A program made the position numbers and the translations under genes. This document shows positions 1-11,520 of a DNA stretch of 64,000 nucleotides, piece by piece. The notes beneath the pieces are model-generated. The model was not told the origin of the DNA. It searched no databases and saw only the letters and a program-made list of their open reading frames with translations. Source of the DNA: Squalus acanthias (lineage: Eukaryota); NCBI GenBank assembly GCA_030390025.1, contig CM059425.1, forward strand, positions 176,764,001 through 176,828,000, given 5' to 3'. Each line of letters starts with the position of its first letter. Within the stretch, counting starts at the first letter, position 1.

Positions 1-1142
1 TCTAGTTAATTTCGCGAGCGGCGCAAACTTCGCCGCGCCCGGGCGCTAGCTGCTTTGCGCCCCATTAGCGCCCTCTTAAGGCGCTAACGGGAGGGGAACC
101 AACTGAATTTTTCCCCCAAAGAGTAGAAGTGAGGAATAAGAGAGGAGGGAAAAAAAGAGAAGTAATGCTAAATAACATTTAAATTACCAGTTGGAAAAGA
201 ATAAAACACAAGCATTGAACCAATAGGGAAGAAAAAGATTAACAGACTTCATGGTCATAAGACACCATAATATATGATAAAAATTAATCTCTCCCCCCTT
301 TCACCAAAGTAGGAATGTATTCCAATAAATAGGAGATACCAGAGAAATTGGTAGAAAACAGATTAAATTTGTTCTCTCCTCACAAAAGCCTCTCCTTGTG
401 ATTTATGGACATGAATCTGTCCTTAGACTCCTGCTGAAAAGCAAGACAATTTATACATGTTTGTCATAACTGAGCAAAAGGACAATTGGAAGTCTCAACT
501 ATATGCTGAGATATTAATTACATACTGCTATCATTTTTAGAATTCATTTAAAATATATTTGTAATTACTAATGCTTGAATCAACGAGTTGATTTGATAGG
601 ATTTTATTCTGAACGTCAAAATCACTAGCCAATTAGAAAAAGTGGTTCATGTGCAAAAATTCAGGGAAATACTGTTAATAATAAATAGTAACAAAATAAT
701 GATTAAACTGGACTTTCACCAGCAATTTATTTCCACTGGTGATAGTTTAAAAAGATTCCATATTAAATGGATTGACTGTATAGATTCCACTCTAAATTAA
801 GTAAATGTTTTTCAATTTGTTCAAAGGGTCACCTGTTGGCTTCTAATACTAGATAAGTCTAGTTGTATATGAACAGCAATGGAAAATATCATATTCATGA
901 TAGCAATGTGCCTGGATTTGCTTATACAATTCTGGACACTGCTCTGAGCCTTCTTGTAGATGTTTTAGTTGCTCTCACCAGTGTGGTGGGTCATGCAATC
1001 CATGACCCATTGTTTTCTGGCCACTTTAATCTCAATATAATAATTACTGAAGTTTGTCTTTTCAATACCAAGGCATTACTTAAGGTTGTGATGAAAGATC
1101 ATCGATCTGAAATGTTAATTCTGTTTCTCTTTCCACAGATGC

Positions 1143-1460
1143 TGCCTCTTATCTGCGCCCCTCCAATTCTGGCCTCTTGCGCATCCTTGATTTTAATCGC
1201 TTCACCGTTGGGGGCCATACCTTCGGCTGCATAGGCCCTAAGCTCTGGAATTCCCTTCCTAAACCTCTCCGCCTCTCTACCTCTTTCTCCTCCTTCAAGA
1301 TGCTCTTTAAAACCTTCCTCTTTGACCAAACTTTTGGTCACCGAATATCTCCTTATGTGGCTTGGTATCAGATTTTGTCTGGTGATGTTCCTGTGAAGCA
1401 TCTTGGGATGTTTTACTACGTTAAAGGCGCTATATAAATACAAGTTGTTGTTGTTGTTGT
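1143..1460 (+). mobile_element. 3' fragment of an L2-clade LINE
   Basis: The reading frame has the typical LINE ORF2 C-terminus (GGHTFGCIGPKLWNSLPKPLR...FKMLFKTFLF). It ends in GGCGCTATATAAATACAAG followed by a (TTG)n tail. Confidence 0.65.
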
Positions 1461-2294
1461 TCCCAGCATTTTATTTCTTTATTTAATTACGTAAGGTATT
1501 GTCTGAAATGGATGTCATCAGGGTATCCCTAATCGACCTGTTAATGCTTTCCTGATTAATCCCTCAGTCTTCCACAATATGGCTCTTTCTATATAATGTG
1601 TTTGACTTTCTTTTTTGGAATATAACATGCTGTCCATGTTTTATTTGTAAATCTGTTATATGTGCCTGTGTAATTATATATTAATTGATACCTCAAGCTC
1701 ACAGTAAAATGTCCAATAGTAAAGAAAATGAAGTATTTCCCTATGCGTGTAGGGAGTATCTGCTCTCTGCTTAGATACGCTTGTGGTTTTGAAAGTTATT
1801 TTGCCTCCAGTATGACTGAGCTGTATTTTATTGAATTACCACCACTACAAGAATTGCAACCGGATGTTTCATAACAAATTCCTCTACTGTTCACAATTGG
1901 TGTAAATGTCTTTCCTCTCCACTTGCTGTAGCAATGTACCAGCCCTGATTACCCTATACCAGCTCCTTGACAGTAGTTGCTAGTTTAGGAATTTATTTAG
2001 CCTGGTAGCGGTCATTACCAACATATAAAATGGATTTGCATATCAATCAATATTCTTACCACAGGGTAAACCTAGGCACACACCTGTTACTTGTGTACTA
2101 CCAATTGTTGCCACGATTCCACCTTGGATGTATTTTGTGAATTATGTGATGTAAAAACAGCATAAATCTAAAGTCAAGTGTACCAAGAACAAGGGGGAGA
2201 TTTTGAGGCCTTCCACCCACACTTTTAATATACAAATCAGAGTCCTGTGGTACAAAGGTTGGGCCTATCAGGAGGTAAACTGGATGGAATTTCC

Positions 2295-2650
2295 TGGGGA
2301 AGCCTGGGAACAAAGTAGCTAGAGAGAAACTGTTCCCATTGGCAGACGGGTCAAGAACCAGAGGACACAGATTTAAGGTGATTGGCAAAAGAACCAAAGG
2401 CGACATGAGGAAAACCTTTTTACCCAGCGAATGGTTAGAATCTGGAATGCACTGCCTGAAAGGGTGGTGGAGACAGACTCAATCATGGCTTTAAAAAGGG
2501 AATTGGATAAGTAAAAAAATTGCAGGGCTACGGGGAAAGGGCGGGGGAGTGGGACTAGCTGAAGTACTCTTGCAGAGAGCCGGCACGGGTTCGACGGGCC
2601 AAATGGCCTCCTTCTGTGCTGTAACCATTCTATGATTCTATGATGATTCT
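2295..2650 (+). mobile_element. CR1 (HER1-like) LINE 3' end
   Basis: Encodes REKLFPLADGSRTRGHRFKV...RIWNALPERVVE, the CR1 ORF2 C-terminus. It is followed by the CR1 3' UTR and a TTCTATGA repeat tail. Confidence 0.85.
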
Positions 2651-5159
2651 AGTGCATGGTGATGGTGTTATATTTTATGGGTGTCAGTTCTAATGCTATA
2701 GCCCAAGAACCATGAGAATTAATTCCAGTAAAAATAATGTAAACTAAGCTATTCATGTTTCACAGTGATCCACCTCACACAGTGTACTACAGAATATAAT
2801 TCCACGGCCATGAGCCTAGCCAAAGCTTTCAGAATGTCTAAGTGGTGGTATCCATCCTGCTGCCAGTGACAGAATCCATCATACATTTAGTAATTTTTGA
2901 ACACTTTGAAAGATAGAATCCAGAGAGCAACTTTGAAACCATTCTAACAATTACAGCAGGCTCCACCAAGGCTACCATGTTGATTAGCCCTGATCCTGCA
3001 GTATAAAGATTTGTTCCGTAAGATCTTTTTGCAAACTCCTTTAATGTTAAATTTATAAAATACAGAACCTAGCCTCACTGAGTGTTGTGAGAGCACTTTC
3101 ACCACCACAACTCACATACATCTATAGCAATTGACAATTGTGATAGTTGTTACTCAAGTATTTTCCACACTGATATGATAATGTCCAAAAGAGACAAAAT
3201 CGTGTCCCTGAGCAAAACAGAATGGGAACAGGGAGGAGTCGGTCAGGTTGTCGTATCAATTGGTTGAATATTAACTACTTGAATCGCAAAGGTGAAAATT
3301 ATTGCAAATTCTATCAATGATTCCTCGTGACTCTGCCTGTTAGTTCAGCGAGAATAATTTGTGGGACATAGGCTTCGCTCCCTGATACTGCAAATTCACA
3401 GCGACTGCTTCATCAAGAGGGACGCTGGGCAGAGCGTAGGTGTTCTCTGAGAGAAATGAAAGAGAGAAAGAAATTAAATCAGATGACAAGTAACCCCAAG
3501 GACACTCTTGCAAATCTTTTAGCAGCAGAGGAGTGGAATTGACAAGTCTGGTAGCTGATCAGCTGCTTGTTCTTCCATCTGGGGGATAGCACATGGTACA
3601 GGGAGACTTGTATGGGCAAATAGAAAAAATGTTAAATATGAAGAAAGAACATTTTTCAAAACTTACTATTTCTGAAAGCCCTACTTGTGAATCTTTCAGA
3701 TTCTACCATCATTACTGCACGTTAACAATAGCCTTTGCGTTTCTCCGTGCTGCAATTAATTTGCTTTTTAAAAATGATTCCTTTTCACTGATTTCTATCC
3801 CCTAACTTAGAGGACAAACAAGTGACCTGCTCTAGGTCTCTGCTCAGGATGAGCTTTAGATGTCTGGTGCGTCGGAGATCAAACCAGGAAAGAGTCCCTT
3901 CTCTTCCCCACTCCTCACACACCCGCCTCTCTACCAGCCAAACTTGATCAGCTGTAAATATTATTCCAGTACTAAATCCATTGCTGCCCCTCCATCACAA
4001 CACAAACACAATCCTTTGTTCAGCTACATGGATCTAAGGCCCTGAATTCCAAAAATATCTATCTGCAACAAAAAGCCAGCCACACTATCTGCCCTAGAAG
4101 AAACCTCAATGGACCAAGATCTCCACACTGTCTACTAATACACTCCAGCATCTGCCACAAAAAATAAAAAACACATCTCAAAAAACCAGAAAAGATAAAA
4201 CATGCCTGCTAAAAATCAGTATCATCCACTTAACACACACACACTTCACCAAAATAAAGAAGAAAACCCACTAACCCAACAATAAAATTAACTTTTATAT
4301 TTTACTGCCCCACTCCCTCAATTCCTCGTGGCTAGAGTTTTGTATTAACATCTACAGCCTAGAAATACTCATTAGAGAGTGAATACCTAATGCATCATGT
4401 GCTTCAGGGGTAGAATGCTTTTCTCTGCTACACTGTGTAATGAGAATAAAATATATAAAATAATTAAAAAACAAATATAATCTTTAACACCTTTCATACC
4501 AGGAGCAAATGTCCCAGTCGCTAACCGCACCTCCCCCCAACCCCGCACCCCCCCCAATCTAACCTGCCACTACTTCTTCCAGTGCTACTGTTGAGGGTGT
4601 GAGAGAGACTGGCCCTGGGTGCCACACACTCGGACTGTCCTCTCTGCCAGTGTGGAAGTATCTGGTACCTTCTCAGCTGTATCCCTCCCTCGGAGAATCA
4701 CAGCTATAAATTGCAGTGGTAGAGCAGCCTGGAAGAAACACATTGCATCACTCAAGACTGTATTTTATATATCTGTTTAATTTTCATGTTAAACCAATTG
4801 AAACAATTCAAATTAGGTTTGGTTTTAGCTACAAATGGTAGGAAAGAATCAGCTAATTTGCAGTTACAATGGCATCAGGTTAGTGTATTGAAAGTTGCGC
4901 CTATCTGCTAAATCTAGTAGGAAAGTATAACACTGACAATTACACATTCAAATGTGAAGAAATCAAAATGAACGTTGAAATTATACAATTAATTTCACAT
5001 TGTTCTATAAAGACTCAAATTCCAATTTTCCTTTTTGTGCTGCTTTAAATTTTTGACAATATTAACAGATAGATTTTATTTGGATGACAATGAAAATGGC
5101 CTTGATTTTGCAGTCAGCAGTGAACGAATGGCGCTCACTGTTCATTATGATTATACATT

Positions 5160-6857
5160 TTAAAAATTCATTTATGGGATGTGGGTGTCGCTGGCAAGGC
5201 CAGCATTTATTGCCCATCCCTAATTGCCCTTGAGAAGGTGGTGGTGAGACGCCTTCTTGACCCGCTGCAGTCCGTGTGGTAAAGGTACTCCCACAGTGTT
5301 GTTAGGTAGGGAGTTCCAGAATTTTGACCCAGCGACGATGAAGGAACGGCGAAATACTTCTAACTCAGGATGGTGTGTGACTTGGAGGGGAACTTGCAGG
5401 TGGTGGTGTTCCCATGCGCCTGCTGCCCTTGTCCTTATAGGTGGAAGAGGTCGCGGGTTTGGGAGGTGCTGCCGAAGAAGCCTTGGCGAGTTGCTGCAGT
5501 GCATCTTGTAGATGGTACACACTGCAGCCACGGAACACCGGTGGTGGAGGGAGTGAATGTTTAAGGTGGTGGATGGGGTGCTAATCAAGCGGGCTGCTTT
5601 GTCCTGGATGGTGTTGAGCTTCTTGAGTGTTGTTGGAGCTGCACTCATCCAGGCAAGTGGAGAGTATTCCATCACACTCCTTACTTGTACCTTGTAGATG
5701 GTGGAAAGGCTTTGTGGAGTCAGGCGGTGAGACACTCGCCGCAGAATACCTAGCCTCTGACCTGCTCTTGTTGCCACAGTATTTATGTGGCTGGTCCAGT
5801 TAAGTTTCTGGTCAATGGTGACCCCCCAGGATGTTGATGGTGGGGGATTCAGCGATGGTAATGCCGTTGAATGTCATGGGGAGGTGGTTAGACTCTCTCT
5901 TGCTGGAGATAGTCATTGCCTGGCACTTCTGTGGCGTGAATGTTACCTGCCACTTATCACCCAAGCCTGAACGTCATCCAGGTCTTGTTGCATGCAGGCA
6001 TGGACTGCTTCATTATCTGATGAGTTGTGAATGGCGCTGAACACTGTGCAGTCATCAGCGAACATCCCCATTTCTGACCTTATGTTGGAGGGAAGGTCAT
6101 CGATGAAGCAGCTGAAGATGGTTGGGCCTAGGACACTGCCCTGAGGAACTCCTGCAGCGATGTCCTGAGGCTGTGATGATTGACCTTCAATCACCACAAC
6201 CATCTTCCTTTGTGCTAGGTATGACTCCAGCCAGTGGGAAGTTTTCCCCCTGATTCCCATTGACTTCAGTTTTACTAGGGCTCCTTGATGCCACACTCGG
6301 TCAAATGATGCCTTGATGTCAAGGGCAGTCACTCTCACCTCACGTCTGGAATTCAGCTCCTTTGTCCATGTTTGGACCAAGGCTGTAATGAGGTCAGGAG
6401 CCTAGTGGTCCTGGCGGAACCCAATCTGGGCATCAGTGAGCAGGTTTTTGGTGTGTAAGTGCCGCTTGATAGCACTGTCGATGACACCTTCCATCACTTT
6501 GCTGATGATTGAGAGTAGACTGATGGGGTGGTAATTGGCCGGATTGGATTTGTCCTGCTTTTTGTGGACAGGACATACCTGGGCAGTTTTCCACATTGTT
6601 GGATAGATGCCAGTGTTGTAGCTGTACTGGAACAGCTTAGCTAGAGGCGCGGCTAGTTCTGGAGCACAAGTCTTCAGCATGATAGCCGGGATGTTGTCGG
6701 GGCCTATGTATCCAGTGTGCTCAGCCGTTTCTTGATATCACATGGAGTGAATCGAATTGGCTGAAGACTGGCTTCTGATATGGTTGGGACCTCAGGAGGA
6801 GGCCGATATGGATCATTCACTCGGCACTTCTGGCTGAAGATGGTTGCAAACGCTTCA
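5160..6857 (-). mobile_element. 5'-truncated CR1/L2-like LINE with a disrupted RT
   Basis: Minus-strand ORF pieces carry RT motifs: WKTAQVCPVHKK...ANYHPISLLS, ALDIKASFDRVWH, GVPQGSVLGP, MFADD and YKVQVRSVMEY. Stops and frameshifts separate them. Confidence 0.9.
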
Positions 6858-8196
6858 GCTGAGCCCTTGGCCAGCGGAGGGGCTGAAAGAATACAAGATG
6901 CCGGTATCCTCCTACCTTATCCTCCTTCTCACATCCCACTTCCCCCTCATCCCACAATCTCTTCTGATGTACAAGTTGCACATGGTGTAAGCATGCACCT
7001 CTTACTTTCCCCCCTCCCCTCACCACAACCCTACCCTTGTGCCTTCCTCATTTCAGACACCCAAGAAATCCAGCCTGCCCAGCCAGTGGTTGACCAAGAA
7101 GAGGGAGAGGAGAGTGAAGAAGAAGAAGAAACTCTGTCACTCGATTTCACAGTCGCAGCCGCCAGCTCCTCGAGGTTGTCTTGCAGGGCCATTTACAGTC
7201 TCCCCCAGTGAAAGTCAGCAGCCTTCCTTCCACCAGCCATGCTGCGGTCACTGGGGTAGCACTGCGTAACATCACTAGGATAGGCAAAGGCACACGCAAA
7301 ACAGTCACTAAGGGACTGCACAAGGATGATTAGTTGATGTTTTGATGTCATATTGGATGGATATACGGATAAAGTTGGATTGGAAAGTTTGCTTTGTGGT
7401 GGCTTTTATTTCAGCATTGTGGCCAAGAGGATGCTGTGATGGTCAGTAACAGAGGGAAGGTAAGGTGTGGGACAAATGTTGAAAGGGGAATTGGGGTTGT
7501 GGTCACTAGTACAACAGGCGGATGATTTGATCCCGGATATCCCAGCCAGAAAGGGGCTGTCTTGGTTGCATCCTTCCTTCTGCTTCCTCCTCTTTTGCTT
7601 CTTCCTCTTCTGCATCTTCCTCTTCCCTCTGCGAGTGGATGCTGGAAATCTGAAATAAAAGCAGAAAATGCTGGAAATACTCAGCAGGTCAGGCAGCATC
7701 TCAACCTGAGACGTAACTCTGTTTCTCTCTCCATGGATGCTGCATGACCTGCTGAGTATTTCCAGCATTTTCTGTCTTCTCAGAGGCCTTCCTTTACCAT
7801 CCGAAGCCTTGCAAGCTTCCAGCAGCACTCCCTGCACTCTTTACATTTTAAAAAAATCTATTGCATCAAGCCGCTACTTCAATAAAATATATTTTAAAAA
7901 GTCCAAAACTTAAATCCAAACTTACCTGAAAGATGTGTGTGTCCCTTTAAGAAGTGTTGACAGCGTCTCTGCAGGGTTGCTTCATGCACACTTTTCTGAG
8001 TGTGTTTAGGACCCGGCGTTGAACAGAGTGAGAACATCGAAGTTTACAGATGTGGCAACAAGTCAGGCGTTGCACGTCGATTGATGTCACGATCTGCTCG
8101 TTTACATTTCAGCGGATAGCACTGTCAATGGCAGCCATTTTTTTTTACAGCAAGCCAGCATTAACGGCCGGCGCACAAGTATGGAATTTCTAGGCC
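6858..8196 (+). mobile_element. Non-autonomous Harbinger fragment (Myb gene 3' exons, transposase core deleted)
   Basis: Contains a Myb-gene exon 2 end, intron and exon 3 (DTQEIQPAQP...EEEEE). The terminal TIR GGAATTTCTAGGCC ends at 8196. It is an inverted homologue of 25889-27300. Confidence 0.75.
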
Positions 8197-10619
8197 ACAG
8201 AGTCTAAACCAGGAAACATAATTAGAATATTTAATTCAATGTGAAATCATATACAGAAAGTGAAATAAAGAGAGCGAAAGAAAGATGGGATTAAGATGGA
8301 GATAAAAGAGACAGAAAGAAAAAGTTTTAAAACATTTTTAAATTCTCCAACAATAATTAAAATCTGAAGGAATGAGACTCCACATTTGTAAAAGTAAATT
8401 TTATGGGGCAGAGAGGTTGTTTGGAGTAAGACTTAACATGTCATTAAAAATTCACTTACCCTTGAATGGACAAACCCTAACTTTTTCTGGCGTGTCTAGT
8501 GGGTATCTAGTAGGTAAGTACCGCAACTTCATGCCCTTCATGTATTTAAATGCTAAGTTTCTCAGCGAGGAACCGGTGTATCAAAGCTTGTGGAGGAGCA
8601 GGGCAACTCGGACAGCAACTTCCTGATTTCCGCGTCTAACTGCGCATGTGCGGACGCCGGAAGTTGCTGTCCAATTTGCTCCTTAATAATGGTGAGTGCT
8701 GATAGCCTCACCATTATTTTTACCACAAAATCCAGGCCAATATTCTGTTTAAATGTAAGTACAATGTAGCATGAAACTAGGCAGTTCGCTTTGGTGGATA
8801 AGGGCACCTTCTCTTTGAATTAGTGAAATCTGTTTGGCAGATAGACATAAGTATTATCAGAATTCAAATTTCCTGTTTATGCTGTCAACAAGCACTCAAT
8901 ACCATCCTGTTTGTGCAAATTGGATCCTGCAGTGTGTTACAGAATGGCACTGATCATACTTCACAGCAGACAGTAGTAATTTGAAGGTTGGTGCATGCAG
9001 TGGGACATGATAACCTGCACAGACATTTGGCAGTGTGAGGTGCAGACAATTTGCTTAAGAGCAAAATTAAAATTGGGCTGTTTTGCAACAAAATTATACT
9101 AAACCATTTTACACAATTGCTTAGCCTGACTACTGATTCAGAACAGCTATTAATTTGCTACAGTATTGCCCTAGAACCATAAAATCATTGAATTTTACTG
9201 TGCAGAATAAAGTCATTCATCCCATTAAATCTGTGACAGCCCTTTGAAAGAGTTATCTACTTAGTGCCCTCTCTTGATACCTTTCCGAATTTCTCTTTTT
9301 CAAATATTTATCCTTTAGTAGCTGGGATATATTTACGGAAAAGGACGAGACAGCACCCTTTCTTTTTCCCTGCAGTTTTGTGCTCTCCCCTGAAAACACT
9401 GACCCACGTTGTGGTTCCCCGAGCTACCTGACCGACGGTCTTCATCCAAGTTGCTATTGTCTGTGTGAGCTCCAAGAGTGAGCGTCGGCAGACTTTATAA
9501 CTAAGGAGAACACCACAGCTGAAACTTACCCTGTTCTCGCTGCACATCCACATATGTATTTTCTAGCAGAGATCATTGGATACTGATCGGGAGAAGAAAC
9601 CCCAGCTCATTTTTCAAAAAGCAAAACAAAAACTGCAGATGCTGGATATCTGAAACAGAAACATAAAATGCCGGCAACACTCAGTCAGCAGGTCAGGCAG
9701 CATCTCTGGAGAAAAGAGACAAGTTAACATTTCAGGTATCTAAACCTTCATCTGAACTGGAATACAATTATAGATGGATAGCATTTAAAAAGGACCAGAG
9801 CAAAGAGAAGGAAAATGGAAAAGCACACACGGGAGAGGAAGTAGAATGATCTGTAAAGTGCTTAAATGGAAAGTAGAAGATGATTAAATGGCTCAAGTGA
9901 TATTAACATGAGATAACAGGAAGCATGATGAAGGAAGTGAAAGACATTTACGAATCAGAGAATGTGTGAATAGCTGAGGGGGTTGGGGGTAAGGCTGGTA
10001 GAATTGGAAACAGGGAAAGTTGGCAAAGTGGAACAGGATCCAACAACTCAGGAGCCTAGGAAAAGAAAAAAGCAGGTTGGTCACAAGGGTGCAGACTGCC
10101 CCGCCAGCATGGTGCTCCAATAGAGGGTCACCAACCCATCTCTTCCTCCCTGAAATGGCAACACTCCCAACCCACATCTCCTGCTGTAGAGAAATTGGGA
10201 GCGAAAATTAAGGTCTGAAGTTATTAAAGTCAATATTAAGGCCAAAGAAGGAGATATTAGGAGGGGTGACCAAAAGCTTGTTTAAAGAGTTGGGTTTTAA
10301 GGAGGATCTTAAAGGAGGAGAGGTGGATGGGTTTAGGGAAGGAATTCCAGAGCGTAGGGACTAGATGCCAGATAGTAGGGCCGGCACTGATGGGGCAAAG
10401 GGAGGGGGGGGGGGGCACAAAAGGCCAGTCAGAGGAACAGAGTGTTCGGGGGAGAGGGGGGGAGGGGTGGTTGTAGGGCTGGAGGAGGTTACAGTTGAGT
10501 TGACTGATCTCAGCTGGGGTAGCTGTGGCTAGAACTGGCCTCCGTACCTCCTAGCTAGGGACAGTGAAAATTATCTTGAAAAATATCACTCAATGCAAAT
10601 TTGAGGAACAGCACCTCCA

Positions 10620-11520
10620 ACACCTGAATGTCTCTCTTGTTTCTTGGCAACCAGAATTGGCCACAATAATCAAGTATGGTCTTACCGGAGCATTATAAAA
10701 TTTGATCATTACCTCCTCTGATTTTTAGTCTATGGTCTTGGTTATGTAATTCAACATCCGATTGGCTTTGTTGATTGCTGCTGTGCATTATTTGGACATG
10801 TTCAATGTTGAATCTACTAAGACCCTTAGGCCTCTTTTAGCTCCATCCTTAGCTATTTCATCACCATTTATGGAGTATGTATGTCATCTATTTTTCTTCC
10901 TACGTATGTAGCATTTTACACTTGTCTGCATTAAATTCCACCTGTCATTGTTCCGTCCACTTACATATTTTGTCCAATTTATTCTGTAATTTCTGAAGCT
11001 GCCTCTTCCGATTCGACTGCCCTCCTAGTTTGGTATCATCTGCAAATTTGACCATGGCCGTAACAAGATCCAAATTTCTAACATACAATATCTACCAGGC
11101 TTCCATCGTTTACCAACTTTATATCCTCCTCAAAAAAGTAAACAAATTGGTGAGATAGGACCTCCTTTTCAAGAAGCTATGCTGCAATTCCCTAACAGCC
11201 CCATCCCTTTGAGATGATGCGGAGATGCCGGTGTTGGACTGGGGTGGACAAAAATGAGAAGTCGCACAACACCAGGTTATAGTCCAACAGTTTTATTTGA
11301 AATCACAAGCTTTCGGAGCGCTGCTCCTTCTTCAGGTACAAGTACCTGAAGAAGGAGCAGAGCTCCGAAAGCTCGTAATTTCAAATAAAACTGTTGGACT
11401 ATAACCTGGTGTTGTGCGACTTCTCTTTTGAGATGAACATACAACACATCTCTAAAAATCCCTTCGAGCAACTACCTATCATTGAAATTAAAATAATGGG
11501 CTAATAGTTTCCTAGTTCTG
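10620..11520 (-). mobile_element. Old degraded CR1 LINE, interrupted by the 11218-11426 insertion
   Basis: Minus-strand remnants include the FADDTKLGG motif (near 11020-11050) and other CR1 RT segments. Confidence 0.6.
11218..11426. mobile_element. Palindromic Penelope-type terminal-repeat insertion with two hammerhead-like motifs
   Basis: Inverted arms 11256-11339 and 11342-11425 are 84 bp each with 3 mismatches and a 2-nt loop. Each arm holds CTGAAGA-A-GGAGC..GCTCC-GAAAG. TTTGAGATGA flanks both sides (11208-11217 and 11427-11436). Confidence 0.7.

Larger units (their letters stand above)
5098..8738. mobile_element. Harbinger-type MITE inflated by nested LINE and Harbinger insertions
   Basis: TIRs are GGCCTTGATTTTG (5098) and CAAAATCCAGGCC (ending 8738), a 12/13 match, with AAT on both sides. 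The MITE's own sequence is about 5098-5157 plus 8197-8738. Confidence 0.7.

Noticed and set aside
3340..3475. Possible minus-strand host exon after a strong polypyrimidine acceptor
   Set aside because: All frames stop quickly, there is no clear donor and no recognisable protein. It cannot be supported without RNA-seq.
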